DNA of 64,000 nucleotides from Lama glama (taxonomy: Eukaryota), in NCBI GenBank assembly GCA_028534125.1, contig CM052818.1:9798001-9862000 (forward strand), written 5' to 3'. Shown piece after piece: positions 1 through 11,139 of the stretch. A model generated the notes under the pieces. It saw only the letters and a list, made by a program, of their open reading frames with translations. It made no database searches and was not told where the DNA came from. Within the stretch, counting starts at the first letter, position 1. Each line of letters opens with the position of its first letter. The translations under genes and the position numbers were made by a program.

Positions 1-69
1 TTTAAGGTAACTGCTGGAGCTATACTAAGAAGCAACTAAGAGATAACACACAGGAGAATGGTCTATTAC

Positions 70-212
70 CTGGATGGATGGGTATGTTCGGTTATTGTCT
101 GTGCTGTGCTCCCCTGGAATGCTGCCTGCTGATCGTCCTTCACATTTGTATCGAAAACGCATTCCTCTCTGCCTGGGTTGTTCAATTATCTCAATATATG
201 GGTTATATCCAC
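70..212 (-). CDS. REL: REL (c-Rel) coding exon 2, N-terminus of the Rel homology domain
   Basis: Minus strand reads ttttcag|GTGGATATAAC...CCATCCATCCAG|gtaatag, 143 nt with canonical AG/GT ends. In phase 1 it translates to (G)[47 protein letters not shown], which contains the RxxRxRYxCEG DNA-recognition loop and matches c-Rel specifically. Confidence 0.98.
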
Positions 213-892
213 CTGAAAATTTTAAAAGGGGGGGAAGGTGAGATTAAGATAGAAATAATAATGAATTTTAACTTTTTTTCCCCAAAACAGTAGGCTAAAA
301 AATTTTCCCTTTAATATTAAGTAACAAAGTTGCAATGTAATGATTCAAGACTGGGTGTAAAGACACTTCTCTCTCCCATTCAAATTGAGCTCCCATACAA
401 TGTAAACACAAATCATTCAAATCATATTTACTGTTTAGTATTTTATCATTTAATATCTATAACTAACATCAGTGTAAAGTTCTGCAATAACCACTTCAGA
501 GATACACACTTTTGACATGAGACCAAGCAGAAGGGTTTTCCCCAAGATTCCCCCAAAAGGGTCAAGAAGATAGTCTTCAGAAATACAATACTATACTCCA
601 AAAGTGACTTTCCTTGATTTTACATTAGATTCTTAGCAATGGACTACAAGACTATTTGTTGAAAATGAAAATGTATTTAAATCCTTGCAGAAGAAAATGT
701 TAAGTTTTTTATATTTCCATTGGTATCTTAGACTTATACATAATACACCAAAACAAGTTCCAGAAGGGACTACAGGCTCAAAAGAAGCCAGTAAGTTCCA
801 TCTAAACCTCTTTGAAAGTATATGACAAAATGGAGGAAAAGAAAAAAATTATTTACTTATAACAAATATAATTCAAAACATGCACCTTTAGA

Positions 893-1222
893 AGGAACTA
901 CTGATACACACAATATAAATAAATACCAAAGTAATAATGCTGAGTAAAAGAAGCCAGACCAAAAGAGCACATACTGTATGATTCCATTTATATAAAATTC
1001 TAGAATATGTAAACTAATCTATCATGAAAGAAAGCAGATCACTGGCTGCCTAAGAATAGGGGTGTGGAGTGGGTGGGGAACTTTGAGGGATGAAGGACAT
1101 GTTAATTACCTTGAATGTGTTGATGAGCCCAAAATTGTATACATATGTCTAAAGTTGTAAAATTGCACACTTTAAACACGTGCAATTTATTGTAGATTAA
1201 TTATATGTCAATAAAGCTAAAA
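893..1222 (+). mobile_element. Old L1M (L1MC/MD/ME-type) 3' fragment
   Basis: aatgctgagtaaaagaagccagacc...tactgtatgattccatttatataaaattctaga, ending in aataaag; typical L1M 3'UTR. Confidence 0.75.
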
Positions 1223-1564
1223 TGTATGTATCTTTACCCCCTTTTATTATCCAAATCATGGAAATGACAATTCAATAAAGACACTCAAGTGTGCTTATAA
1301 GTAAGGTACTTAGTAAAGTGTCTATTTCAGAGGTATGAAAATATCTTCCACTAAAATATAAAAACAAAAATACCTTCCTCAATCAGTTTAGTGATTTCTA
1401 AATTCCCACATTTAGATATCCATTTCTTTGACTAAAGGCTTATCCTCTGTTAGAATGCAAGCAAATCTTCAGAAAGGCTAACACAAGCGGGTCTTATCAG
1501 TGAAATATGGGGAAGAGGCCTTTTTGAGTCCTACCCAGCCAATCTTGACAGTGAAAACCCTGGA

Positions 1565-1725
1565 AATGTTACTGTATCTCTTAAGTCCCTTACTGTATAA
1601 AATGGGGATAATAACAATAGCACCTACCTCATAGGGTTATTGTGAGGACTAGAGATAACATATGTTAGGTTCTTATCAAGTGTCAGGCATATAACAAATA
1701 TTCAGTAAATGGTGTCTATTATTAT
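1565..1725 (+). mobile_element. MIR SINE
   Basis: MIR core aaaatggggataataacaatagcacctacctcatagggttattgtgagga. Confidence 0.8.
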
Positions 1726-1779
1726 TTCAGATGCTTTCTTGAAATCAGTGATTTATAATTATCACCATAAATGGTGTAA

Positions 1780-2460
1780 CAACTGCTACTTTCAAGGATC
1801 TCACAGAACAGTGGGGCAAACAACAGAAATTGTTATAGAGGGAATGAACAAAAACAAAATTTTGTTTATGCTAACATAATTCTGCATAAAATGACAGTAA
1901 GAGCAAAAGAGTCAGAAATGTCTAATTACGTCAAAGGAAGAGAGTTAATGAAGCAAAAAGGTAGGGAGATAGGAAGGGGAAGGGAGAAAGGCAGGCATTC
2001 TAAAGAAAGGGAAGACTGTGTGGTGGCACAGAGGAAAAGAGCTGAAGAATCACACTACAGCTCCAGTGGAAGTGGAGTATATTTCCATCCTTAGAAAGAG
2101 AACTGAAAGTCAGTACATTTGGGGATCTTGATTTCATTCTATGAGTGACAGAATCAAAGAATGGTTTTATGCAGAGGAATTACATGATCAGATTGACAGT
2201 TTAGAGTAAGCGTTCTGGTGGCAGTGGACAGATTAAAAAGAAAGGAGAAAATAAAGTGATCAGTTAAGAAGCTGTTACGGTAATGGGGGCAATGATGAGG
2301 GTAGGTCTGAAATTAGGTAGTGATAATAGGAATGAAGGATTATTTAAAACATAAAATTGATAGTACTTGGTGACGAAGTGAACATTAGAGTTAAGAGAAA
2401 GTAGAGAACCATTGATGGTTCCATGCTTTCTACTTTGGGTTATTAAGTAGAGTATTATTG
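1780..2460 (-). mobile_element. L2 fragment
   Basis: Purine-rich antisense L2 3' region (gcagaggaattacatgatcagatt...; ggtttccatg-like motifs). Confidence 0.6.
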
Positions 2461-4239
2461 GTATCTTTAATTTTATTCTGTTTGGGTCAGACTCCTTGTT
2501 TTTGAATTTACTACCTATTTGTTTATTCAAAAGACAAAGAGCCAAGGAATACTGACATTGACCTAATCAAGTTCATAATATTTATTTCAATTTTACTGAA
2601 AAACGTAAGGCATGCAGATGAGTATTTCAATTTCACACCCTTATATACCCTTGTATATTTCAAATAACCAAATTCACATTTCAGTTTCAAATATTTCACA
2701 TCCTTAAATATCCTTGTAGGAGTATTTAAAAGAAAGTACATTTTCCTCTCAATACGAAGTTCAAAATACTCAACAGTAATTTTTAAGTGATGTATTAAAT
2801 AGGTTAACGTGGTTGAATTAAAGGTCAAATAAATCCCTGCTCACTGCTTATTTAATGTCTTTATGGGAAGTTGATATAGAATGACATCATTAATGGTAAG
2901 TGGCTAACTCTGGGGGGAGGAGTGTGAATAAAATTGCTGGACTCATAGTGAGCATTCAAATATTTCATTGGTTACACAACACTTCCTTACACTAGAAAGT
3001 GTGTTTATGAAAAAAGTCTCTAGATAAGAAAATAGAAAAGTAGTTACTGAAAGATTAAACAAAACTTTTTGAAAAAGATTTTTAAATTTGAAAAATGATA
3101 AATATTAGTTATATAACATCAAGTGCTTAAAAACTCATGAACTCTATTCTTCCTACTGTAAAAGCTCTTTATTGGTAAAAAGTCAACCAAGTAACAAGAG
3201 TCTATTTTAAGAGCCTCCATTCTCCCAGCTGGAAATAATCTTCCCCTCTTTTAAACCACCATACTAAATTCACTACACCTCTGTACTCTTCATACCCATT
3301 CATATTCTAATTTCTTTACCCATATTTATGATTTTAAAGAATTTCCCAGCTGTAAATCATTTATATCATGCATCAGAACAATGTACCAGTTACTTCCTTC
3401 CTCAGTACCCTGTTTTGAAGCACCATTCTTTCTGAAGATAAAAAGTGGTGAATTACAGTCATCTATGGAGTGGAAGATGATAAAATGTAAATCAGGGAAT
3501 TGTAGGGAAAATGAGTATTGTTAACTTAGATTATCTCAAATCACTACAGTTTGGAAAATCATAGAAATATCTTCAAAATTGGTTTTAAAGAAGTTGATTA
3601 CTGTACTTTTCTTAAACCAACATTATGCAATATTTTTAACAGTATTCCTATATTTTTAACAGTATTGTAAAATGCTAATATAGACCAGAGTAACATTAGA
3701 AATACAGCCAAAATGTCTGCAAGATCTATTTGTTTTCATTTGCACTGAGGCAAAAAAGAGTGTTATCCGAGTTTTTAAGATTTAAAAAAGTACATTGAAA
3801 TGAAAGTTAAGAAATCGATTATCAGTTGTCAGAAATAGGCATATTATTAACTAAAACATAGCTAGCACTGGGAATCACAATTAGAAAAAATGTTATTTAT
3901 AGTAATTACAATGTTGTTTTAAAGCACTTTTATATACATTTCTCATTTGATCCTCTTAACTTTAAACTTCATAAAAACAGGACAGAATTATCCCATTTTA
4001 CATTAATAAAACTTCAAAATTACATGAAGTTATAAGAAAAAGAAATTATGAAAAACATTATCAAATATGACAGGTTGGATTCCAGGGGTCAAATTCGAAG
4101 AACAACAAGCATTAAAGCTGCTGGGGATAAAGTCACAATAACTGATACAGCAAATAAGTTAAAATAAGTGCAACTTAGTTTAAGAAGATAATGCATCTTG
4201 GTAGAGGCAAGTGAGTATGTAGAGCCAATGAAATTCCTG

Positions 4240-4424
4240 GAACAGAGTTCATACTGGGGGTATATATCAGAATCACCTAGGTAGCTCTTTCAAAAAACAT
4301 ACATGTCCTGACCCCACCCGAGATTTGCTGAAAACAAACAGAAATCCATCTAAAGCCCAGACATGTTTCTGAAAAAAGACTTCCAAGAAATTCTAACACA
4401 CTCCTGGTTAAGAACCATTGCTCT
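4240..4424. mobile_element. MER5A-like hAT-Charlie MITE
   Basis: atcagaatcacctagg...ttctaac...ggttaagaaccattgctcta. Confidence 0.7.
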
Positions 4425-6445
4425 AAAACATAACATAGTGGAAACAACAATGCACATATTTAGAGAAGCAATCCAAAAATTCATGTAAAGGATGGGCCAG
4501 GGTGATGGATAAACTAGGTAGAGGAATTCTGACTACTTGTAACTCCCACTCTAAAAAACTTATCCAAATGCAAGCAAGAGAAAAACTCATTATTATAAAG
4601 ATAACCTTCAACTGCACTGGTTTATTTAAAACAAATCTTTTACAGAGTTAACATTTTAACTATCATCAGTAATACTTCTTACAACACAGTAAGCCAACGT
4701 GTCAACACCTCAGTTCTGAATAACTGACTGGAGACTTCATCTCCCTCACTGAAGTTCTGGATAACAGAGTGCCTGGGACCTAAAGGAGCAAATGGAGCTA
4801 GCATATACTTTTCCAAATATCACTTCTACTCACTTTGGAGGAAAAGAAAGTATCTTTCTTCTCTCCTCAAGTCTAGGAACCCCACTGAATTATGGTGATG
4901 ATCTTCTTTAACTTAAGATACAGGTGAGTTTTTCCATTTCTTCCTAATTATGATCAAAATTTAGAGTTACCATTTCCTACATAGATAGAATTGCATCCAA
5001 TTAAAAAAGGGGCAAGAAAACTTAAGCCTATTCCCATAAGGACAGAAAAAGACTACCACAGAAGGTTCAAAAGAAATCAAACGAAGGATAAGTTACATCA
5101 GTAAAGTTAGCAAAGGACACATGGTTTATCCATGAAGCAATTTTTTATTTACTTTTTTTTTCCAGAATGCTTACTATTATTTAAGTGGACAAAGAAGACC
5201 GCCTCCAAACATCACTCAGATTCTACTCCCCTAGTTTAAATATACACAAAATAATTCCAAATTGTTTAAAAGTAAATGGGCATTCTTAGATATTCCTGAT
5301 ACATTTTCTACCTAGCATCTATTCTAATTTTTATAGATGTTAAGGTTCCATAAAATTCCAGAATCATCAGGATACTTAAACAATGCTCAGGTGCCAAGTG
5401 TTTCTAGTAGCTCCTGTTTTCTAGAGGCCTGAGTCCCAAAACTGTCTCAGTACAGAAGAAAACTAACATTTATGGGCATGCATTATCTCATTTGCTCCTA
5501 ACAAGACTCTGCAGTGGTTATTTCCATTTTTGTATCACAGAGTGGCAGAACTGAAATAAAAACCAACCCAGGTCCATCATGGGCTAAGGTCCAGGTTTAT
5601 TCGAATATATCAGGCTGATTCTCTCAACTGGGTCTTAAGAATCCAAGTAAGAGAATTTACAGATGAGTATTTGACTGATGTATGCACCACAAAGTAAATA
5701 AAAAATGTAATAAAATTCTGGCAATAGAAATTTTACTGCTAGAGATTCCACTGTGGTTGGGAGGGTGTGGTGGAGGAATAAGCCTCAAAAAAAAAAATGT
5801 TTACATTCAGGGTGAAAAAAGTAGAGAAACCAAATTAAAAATAGATGGCAGGGCCAAATCATCTGTCTTAAGGCCACCAGATTTAAAACTAAAAATCACC
5901 CGATGCTCATTTAAATATGAATTAAATTAATTTTTTAGTATATCAAACGCAATTATTTGAGTCATGTGCCTACAAACACAATCATTTGCACAGAACACTG
6001 ATGAAAGATGGAACAAAAGAAAATTCTCAGTCCCTTAAATTGTATTTGAGAACGATACCACACACACCTCAGATGTTCCTAATTCTGATTCATCATCTGA
6101 TTCCTCCCCAGGCAATTCACTCACTCATTCCCTTCACTCTGTATCACCTTAATTCTTTCATACCACTGTCATCTCTACATTTTCATGTGTTGCACTTCTG
6201 AAACAGCCTTCATGTTTATGTGTTTAGTCTTTTATTTAAAAAAATAATTCATTGCTTTAGCTATCAATTCCAGCTTCCAGCTCTATCATTAAAGATGAAG
6301 TTGTATCGTACTTATACTGATTTTCCCCCTTATTCCAGAGAAATAGTTCTTTTGAAATTTACACTACAGAGTTGATGAGTAGTGCATTTACAAAAACAAT
6401 TTCTTCATGTACTTCCTATTACGTGACGTAGCAGAACTTTACTAA

Positions 6446-6690
6446 AGAAAACTAAACATACTATATGTAAAATAGATAAGGAACACAGATTTACTGTATA
6501 GCACAGGGAATTATACCCAATATCTTGCAACAAGCTATAATGGGATATAATCTGCAAAAAAACACAAATCATTCATTGTAAATTGACTACACTTCAATAC
6601 AAAACAAGAATTAAACAAAAGAATCACTTTGCTGTGCACATGAAACTAGCACAATATTGTAAATCAGCTATACTTCAATAAAAAATAATT
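6446..6690 (+). mobile_element. Artiodactyl-type L1 3' end
   Basis: tactgtatagcacagggaattatacccaatatcttg...ttgtaaatcagctatacttcaataaaaaa. Confidence 0.8.
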
Positions 6691-9154
6691 TTTTAAAAAC
6701 TGTGACTAAAAATAAATTATCTAAATTTTAAAACATATTTTACCAAAGACAGTACTATTTATTAGTAAACAGAGCTATATGCACACAAGAACATTCGTAC
6801 TTTCTATTGGAACAATGAGAAGCTTAAATTCAGACAAAAATAAGCCAATTTTAGTTATATCAAGCAGAATAGAATAAATATATAAGAGCAACGATTGCCT
6901 AACTATACATACCTTGAATGGGACTGGGAACATTTTTCTTAATGGCTATTTTAATTGTGTCAAAAGACTAGAATCAAGGTATAATTTTTTTTAAAACAAT
7001 AAAAACAGCTTAATAGAACCTGAACTGTGAAATCTAAATAATCTGAAAGTTTAACTGAACAAAACTTAGAATCATACACACATTAAAGCCCCAATTATTA
7101 ATGGCACTTATATAATTTTATTTATGAGATTATGATCTGTTACTTTTGTGTTACACAGATCACATATTCAACTACACACATCTATTTATATATGACATCG
7201 GGTGAGAAATGAAGAAACAGTCTTAAATGCTTCGTAGTCAAAAATACTGCAGACTGTAAACTAAACAATGATAAATTAAGCAAAAGTTTGTTTTTTGTTA
7301 CTTTTAGTTAAATTACTGTTTCAAACAGGATGAGAGTTCATAATTTAGTGAATCTTTTTCTCTAAGGTCTTAACAAGTGATTAAAGTACACTAAGCTTCC
7401 TTTTAAAAAATTTTACTTAGCTGTTTTCACACAACCAAATTACAATTTAAACAATGTGTTTTATTTTAAACAGTACCATTTTAATGTAACTCCAAAAAAG
7501 GCCAAAAAAAAAAATTACCCTATAACTTGCCACTCTTAAAATTTTTTCCCCTTCAATTTAGGGAATCAATTTTCACAGAAGCATAAAACATAGGGTCATT
7601 AAACAAATGTAAATTTATCACATTTTAAAATGATGTGGGTCTTGACAATACTCTCTGTGCAAATGGCTAACTCTTTTCTTTCTCTTTTGAGAGAATGAGA
7701 CGTGTTACATTCATGTCGTATCAAAGTCTGGTTAAATTGCCAGCAGGCTGAGATTTTTTTTACTTAAAATACTGGCCATTCTTTAACTTTCATACAAAGT
7801 CTTTCTGGTAACCAATAAATTAACCAAATACTTCAAGTCATCTTAGCACTTTTAATCTAAACATGCTTTGAATTTACGAATTTACAAGATTATCTGAAAG
7901 TATGGGGTCACTGAAGTGGGTAAAGAGAAAGTTGAAATATTTTAAACTACACTTGTATTCTCACATGAAAACCACAGACAAACTGAAATCAAATGTCATG
8001 TGAACCACCCCAATTTCCTTTTCAGCCTACAGCAGTAGCTACAGCTTTGTTCTGCTCAACCCTTTAAAAAAAAAAAAGTCCTTTACGCTCTCTACTTCCT
8101 CTTCTCTGCTAGTCATCAGCCGTCTACCGAGGGTCACTGTACCCGCGAGTAGGGAGGATGCCGGTCAAGCATAAACAAGCCTCCATCTTCAACCTCCTAG
8201 CTCAGAGTTAATGCACATTTTTAGGTCTCCCTACCTTTGCTCACGCAGCTCCCTCTGCCGGGAAAGCGCCCCAAGGAGCCTTGCCAGACCAGAAGAGGTC
8301 CCACTCGCAAGCAGTCTACTCGATTTACTTCCCTTAGGCTACCTGCTGACCCAACCTGTGGCTGGTTAGGAGGTCCCTCCCTTACCCTTAAAAGCATTTT
8401 CTTGGGAAACTGGTCTCCCCCAAAGTAAGACAATCAGGCATTTATTGACTAAAAATAAATATTCACCTAAGTGATATAAAGTTGTTTTCATTCCTACCCG
8501 TATTTTAAAGTACGGGGATTCTAAAAACCTTCCTTCCCCCTTCCATCCAACAAAGGAAAACAAAACTCGACTTCTGTTCCATAAACTAGAAAGTTCGCAC
8601 TTTACAGTAAAAATTATCCGCTTTGTGGAAGCAACGTTTCCACTTATGATCTGTTAAAACAGCACTGGTGATTTTCAAAGCCGCACCGCCTTTTGTGCAA
8701 CTGTCAGCAGACCAGCGATCGCCTCTTGGCAACTGATGAAATTAAGAAAGACAGACCTCTCCTGAGGTCGGAAGGTTCCTCATTCCTGTTCTAAAACGTA
8801 AAGCCACCATTTCAGTATAAGTCTGAACACGGGAACGCTTCGTCTGCTTTTATTTTTATTCTTACTACTTCTCTAATCCTAAAACCAAGTCGTCGGGAAG
8901 TTCTAAGGTTCCGGCTATTATAATAGCATCAAATTACAGAGCGTGACTTTGATTTCGCACGCAAACCCTGAACCAGGTCACTTTTTAATAAGGCTGACAA
9001 TTTGCCAGACGCAATTTTAAGGACAGAATGCGCAACAACCAAAATTGAGCCCCCGAAACCCTGAGCAGCAAGACCCCAGGACGAGCGCCTTGCCTCCCCG
9101 CACGGGGCCCGGCCCGCGCCCCGGCCCTCGGTAGCCCGCGCCGGGAACACTCAC

Positions 9155-9164
9155 CGGAGGCCAT
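9155..9164 (-). CDS. REL: REL coding part of exon 1 (ATG GCC TCC G)
   Basis: Minus strand reads ggagccATGGCCTCCG|gtgagt: strong Kozak context and a consensus donor. The phase-1 end joins exon 2 in frame to give MASG-GYNPY. It lies in the CpG island. Confidence 0.96.
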
Positions 9165-9400
9165 GGCTCCGCTCACCGCGCCGCACCGTTCCAAGCGTCC
9201 GGACCGGAGGCCGCCGCAGGCAGTCAGCCCGTCAGTCAGTCCGGTGGCCGAGGAACCTCTGTTGGCAGAACCCCCAGGCTCCCTGACCACCCCGGCGCCT
9301 CCTCTTCCTCCTTCCCGCTCTCCTCTGGCTTTGCGGCTCACACCTTCCCACCCGCTTAACTCTCGCGCTTCGGTCACCCGGCGTCGCCCGTCCAGGCTGC
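9165..9400 (-). other. REL: REL 5'UTR (non-coding part of exon 1); TSS position approximate
   Basis: GC-rich sequence with no minus-strand ATG, between the start codon and the kB/GC-box proximal promoter. The TSS cannot be fixed from sequence alone. Confidence 0.6.
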
Positions 9401-9478
9401 TGGAACCAGGGGCAGGGGGCGGAGCGCCGCGACGGCAAAGCGAAGGCCGGCCTGAGACGCGGGCAGCCCGGCGGGAGC

Positions 9479-9488
9479 GGAATTTCCC
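9479..9488 (-). promoter_or_regulatory. NF-kB site GGGAAATTCC
   Basis: Plus strand ggaatttccc, a perfect match to GGGRNWYYCC on the minus strand. A CRE-like TGACGTA follows at 9494-9500. Confidence 0.75.
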
Positions 9489-9755
9489 GCGGCTGACGTA
9501 GGCCCCTCACCACCGCCTTCCCCAGGGCAGGGGCGGGGGCGGGGGCGGGGCGTCCCGCGACCTGCGCGCGTGCGTCGACCCTCGGAGGCCCGCGTTCCGC
9601 CCCGCTCGTACCAGAGCCCCGCCCCCGCTCCCGCCCCCTCCCCCACAGCCGCTGCGGGCGTGGGACCCCGTGTGGGAAGCGGGAGTGCGGAATCTTCGGG
9701 AACGCTGGGAGCCCGGAGGTAACGGCTGTGAGCGGGCAAAAGCCGCCGGCTCGGG

Positions 9756-9765
9756 AGAAATCCCC
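9756..9765 (-). promoter_or_regulatory. kB-like site GGGGATTTCT
   Basis: Plus strand agaaatcccc, one mismatch to the kB consensus, inside the promoter island. Confidence 0.55.
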
Positions 9766-9959
9766 CTCCTCCAGGATGTTCTTGGGCGCGTGGCTTAAAG
9801 TTCAGGAGCTGTGGGAGGGTGCGGTGACGTGGAGAGGGCCGGCAGCTCGCGAACACTTGAGGGCGGGCCAGGCGGTGAAGTGGGGCCGGCCGTCCGGGCC
9901 TGGGGGGAACGACGGCCGGGGTTTTCGATGGGTGGTTCCCCCTCTTCCCGATTTCGCAC

Positions 9960-9967
9960 ATGCAAAT
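9960..9967 (+). promoter_or_regulatory. Octamer motif ATGCAAAT (Oct-1/Oct-2)
   Basis: Perfect octamer in the promoter. Confidence 0.7.
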
Positions 9968-10024
9968 AAATCTCCGCCTCCGCCCCGGCGGGCGGCGCAG
10001 CGCGGGCGTACCGGAGCGCCCTCG

Positions 10025-10034
10025 AGAGGAAGTG
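10025..10034 (+). promoter_or_regulatory. PU.1/Spi-B ETS motif AGAGGAAGTG
   Basis: Canonical PU.1 box lying between the two octamers. Confidence 0.65.
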
Positions 10035-10073
10035 CTGAAGCTGCTGTCGCCTGTACGCGCTTGTAACTCATGT

Positions 10074-10081
10074 ATTTGCAT
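10074..10081 (-). promoter_or_regulatory. Second octamer (ATTTGCAT on plus)
   Basis: Perfect reverse octamer. A near-octamer CTTTGCAT lies at 10111-10118. Confidence 0.7.
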
Positions 10082-10369
10082 ATGGGGACCCCCGCAGTCT
10101 GTTCTTCTCCCTTTGCATCTAAATTACGAGGGCTCCGTTAACGTACTTTGCCTACTAAAACTTTTTAAACTTGTAAGGTCGACAGTGCGAGTTCGTTGCC
10201 TCATTACTCTGCTTGAGATTAATGAAGTGGACACTGCCTTGGGATTTAAGAGATGCCCACAAGAAAAGGAGGGTTGGAACGAACGTTTAATATGTTAAAG
10301 GAGTCCAGTATAACTTTGTTTCCTTCATGTGTAAAGACACTCGCAGGTGTCAGATTAGTTACTTCATAT

Positions 10370-10535
10370 ATAATGAATTATCGTTTTATAGATGAGGCAG
10401 TCAGAGTTCAAAGAAGTTAAGTAACTTGTCCATATTTCAGAATACTGGTGAAAAGAAAAGCACAATTTAAATTTAAATTTCAGGGTTGTTTGATTTTAAA
10501 CCTCCATGCCCTTCCTACTGTCCTTTACTGCCTAA
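10370..10535 (-). mobile_element. MIR SINE
   Basis: ttttatagatgagg...gaagttaagtaacttgtcca. Confidence 0.65.
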
Positions 10536-10603
10536 AGTAAGTATGGAGGGGAATGGGAAATAATTAGCCTGCCTGTATACAAGTGCCAAAACTGGAGAAC
10601 TCG

Positions 10604-11139
10604 GTAGGGGAAATAATTAAAAATAAAATCTGCCATCCCCAAAATATCCTCTCCACAAGATACGGAAAAGTAGAAAAGAATGGAACAGTTTTATTGTTGA
10701 ATAAGCATTAAAGAGTACTGTGATGCACTGAAGAGACTGCAGACACAAAAAAGGTCTCACCCCTTGATATGACCAGGCAGATAAAATTAATTACATACCT
10801 GTTGTCTTTACGCCAAGGAAAAATAATCGGAAGTTACATCTTGGAGCCAAAAGCCAATGCTTAAACTCCACGGAGACAGGGAGGTGGGGCAACCATTCTT
10901 GATGTTCACATTTCAAAGAGAGAGCTCCAAGGCCCCTAAAAAAGAACTTAAGGGGTTATAAAACTGGCAAGAAGTTTATTTAGCTTTTTAAAAGGTGTAC
11001 AGACATCTCAAAGAGAAATCATTTATAGTTTTTATTTTTCTAAAGGAATTACTAAAAGAAAAGGGAGAGGGTCTCTGTTCTTTTTGGCACCAGGCAATTT
11101 TTTAAATTTAGATTTCTTAGATGTGGATTTATCCTTACA
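10604..11139 (-). mobile_element. ERV1 (MER4-group, MER67-like) solo LTR
   Basis: Minus strand begins tgtaaggataaa, with a polyA-signal-like AATAAA (plus ttttatt, ~10689-10695) near the far end. About 535 bp. Subfamily assignment is tentative. Confidence 0.55.

Larger units (their letters stand above)
213..9154 (-). other. REL: REL intron 1 (8,942 bp, GT-AG)
   Basis: Donor gtgagt at 9154-9149. Polypyrimidine tract and acceptor (ccttcccccccttttaaaattttcag) end at 213. Confidence 0.93.
9050..10120. promoter_or_regulatory. REL: CpG island / TATA-less REL promoter
   Basis: Abrupt high GC and high CpG density against AT-rich flanks. It spans exon 1 and contains repeated GGGCGG boxes at ~9531-9551. 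Confidence 0.93.

Noticed and set aside
78..293. 71-aa plus-strand ORF
   Set aside because: Antisense shadow of REL exon 2; the minus-strand reading is the conserved protein.
3630..3666. 17-bp direct repeat atatttttaacagtatt with 20-bp period
   Set aside because: Only two copies in AT-rich intron; ordinary slippage duplication, not an array or CRISPR.
8929..10298. Several 70-235 aa ORFs on both strands in the CpG island
   Set aside because: Low-complexity Pro/Arg/Gly/Ala products, expected from stop-codon scarcity in GC-rich DNA; no recognisable domains.
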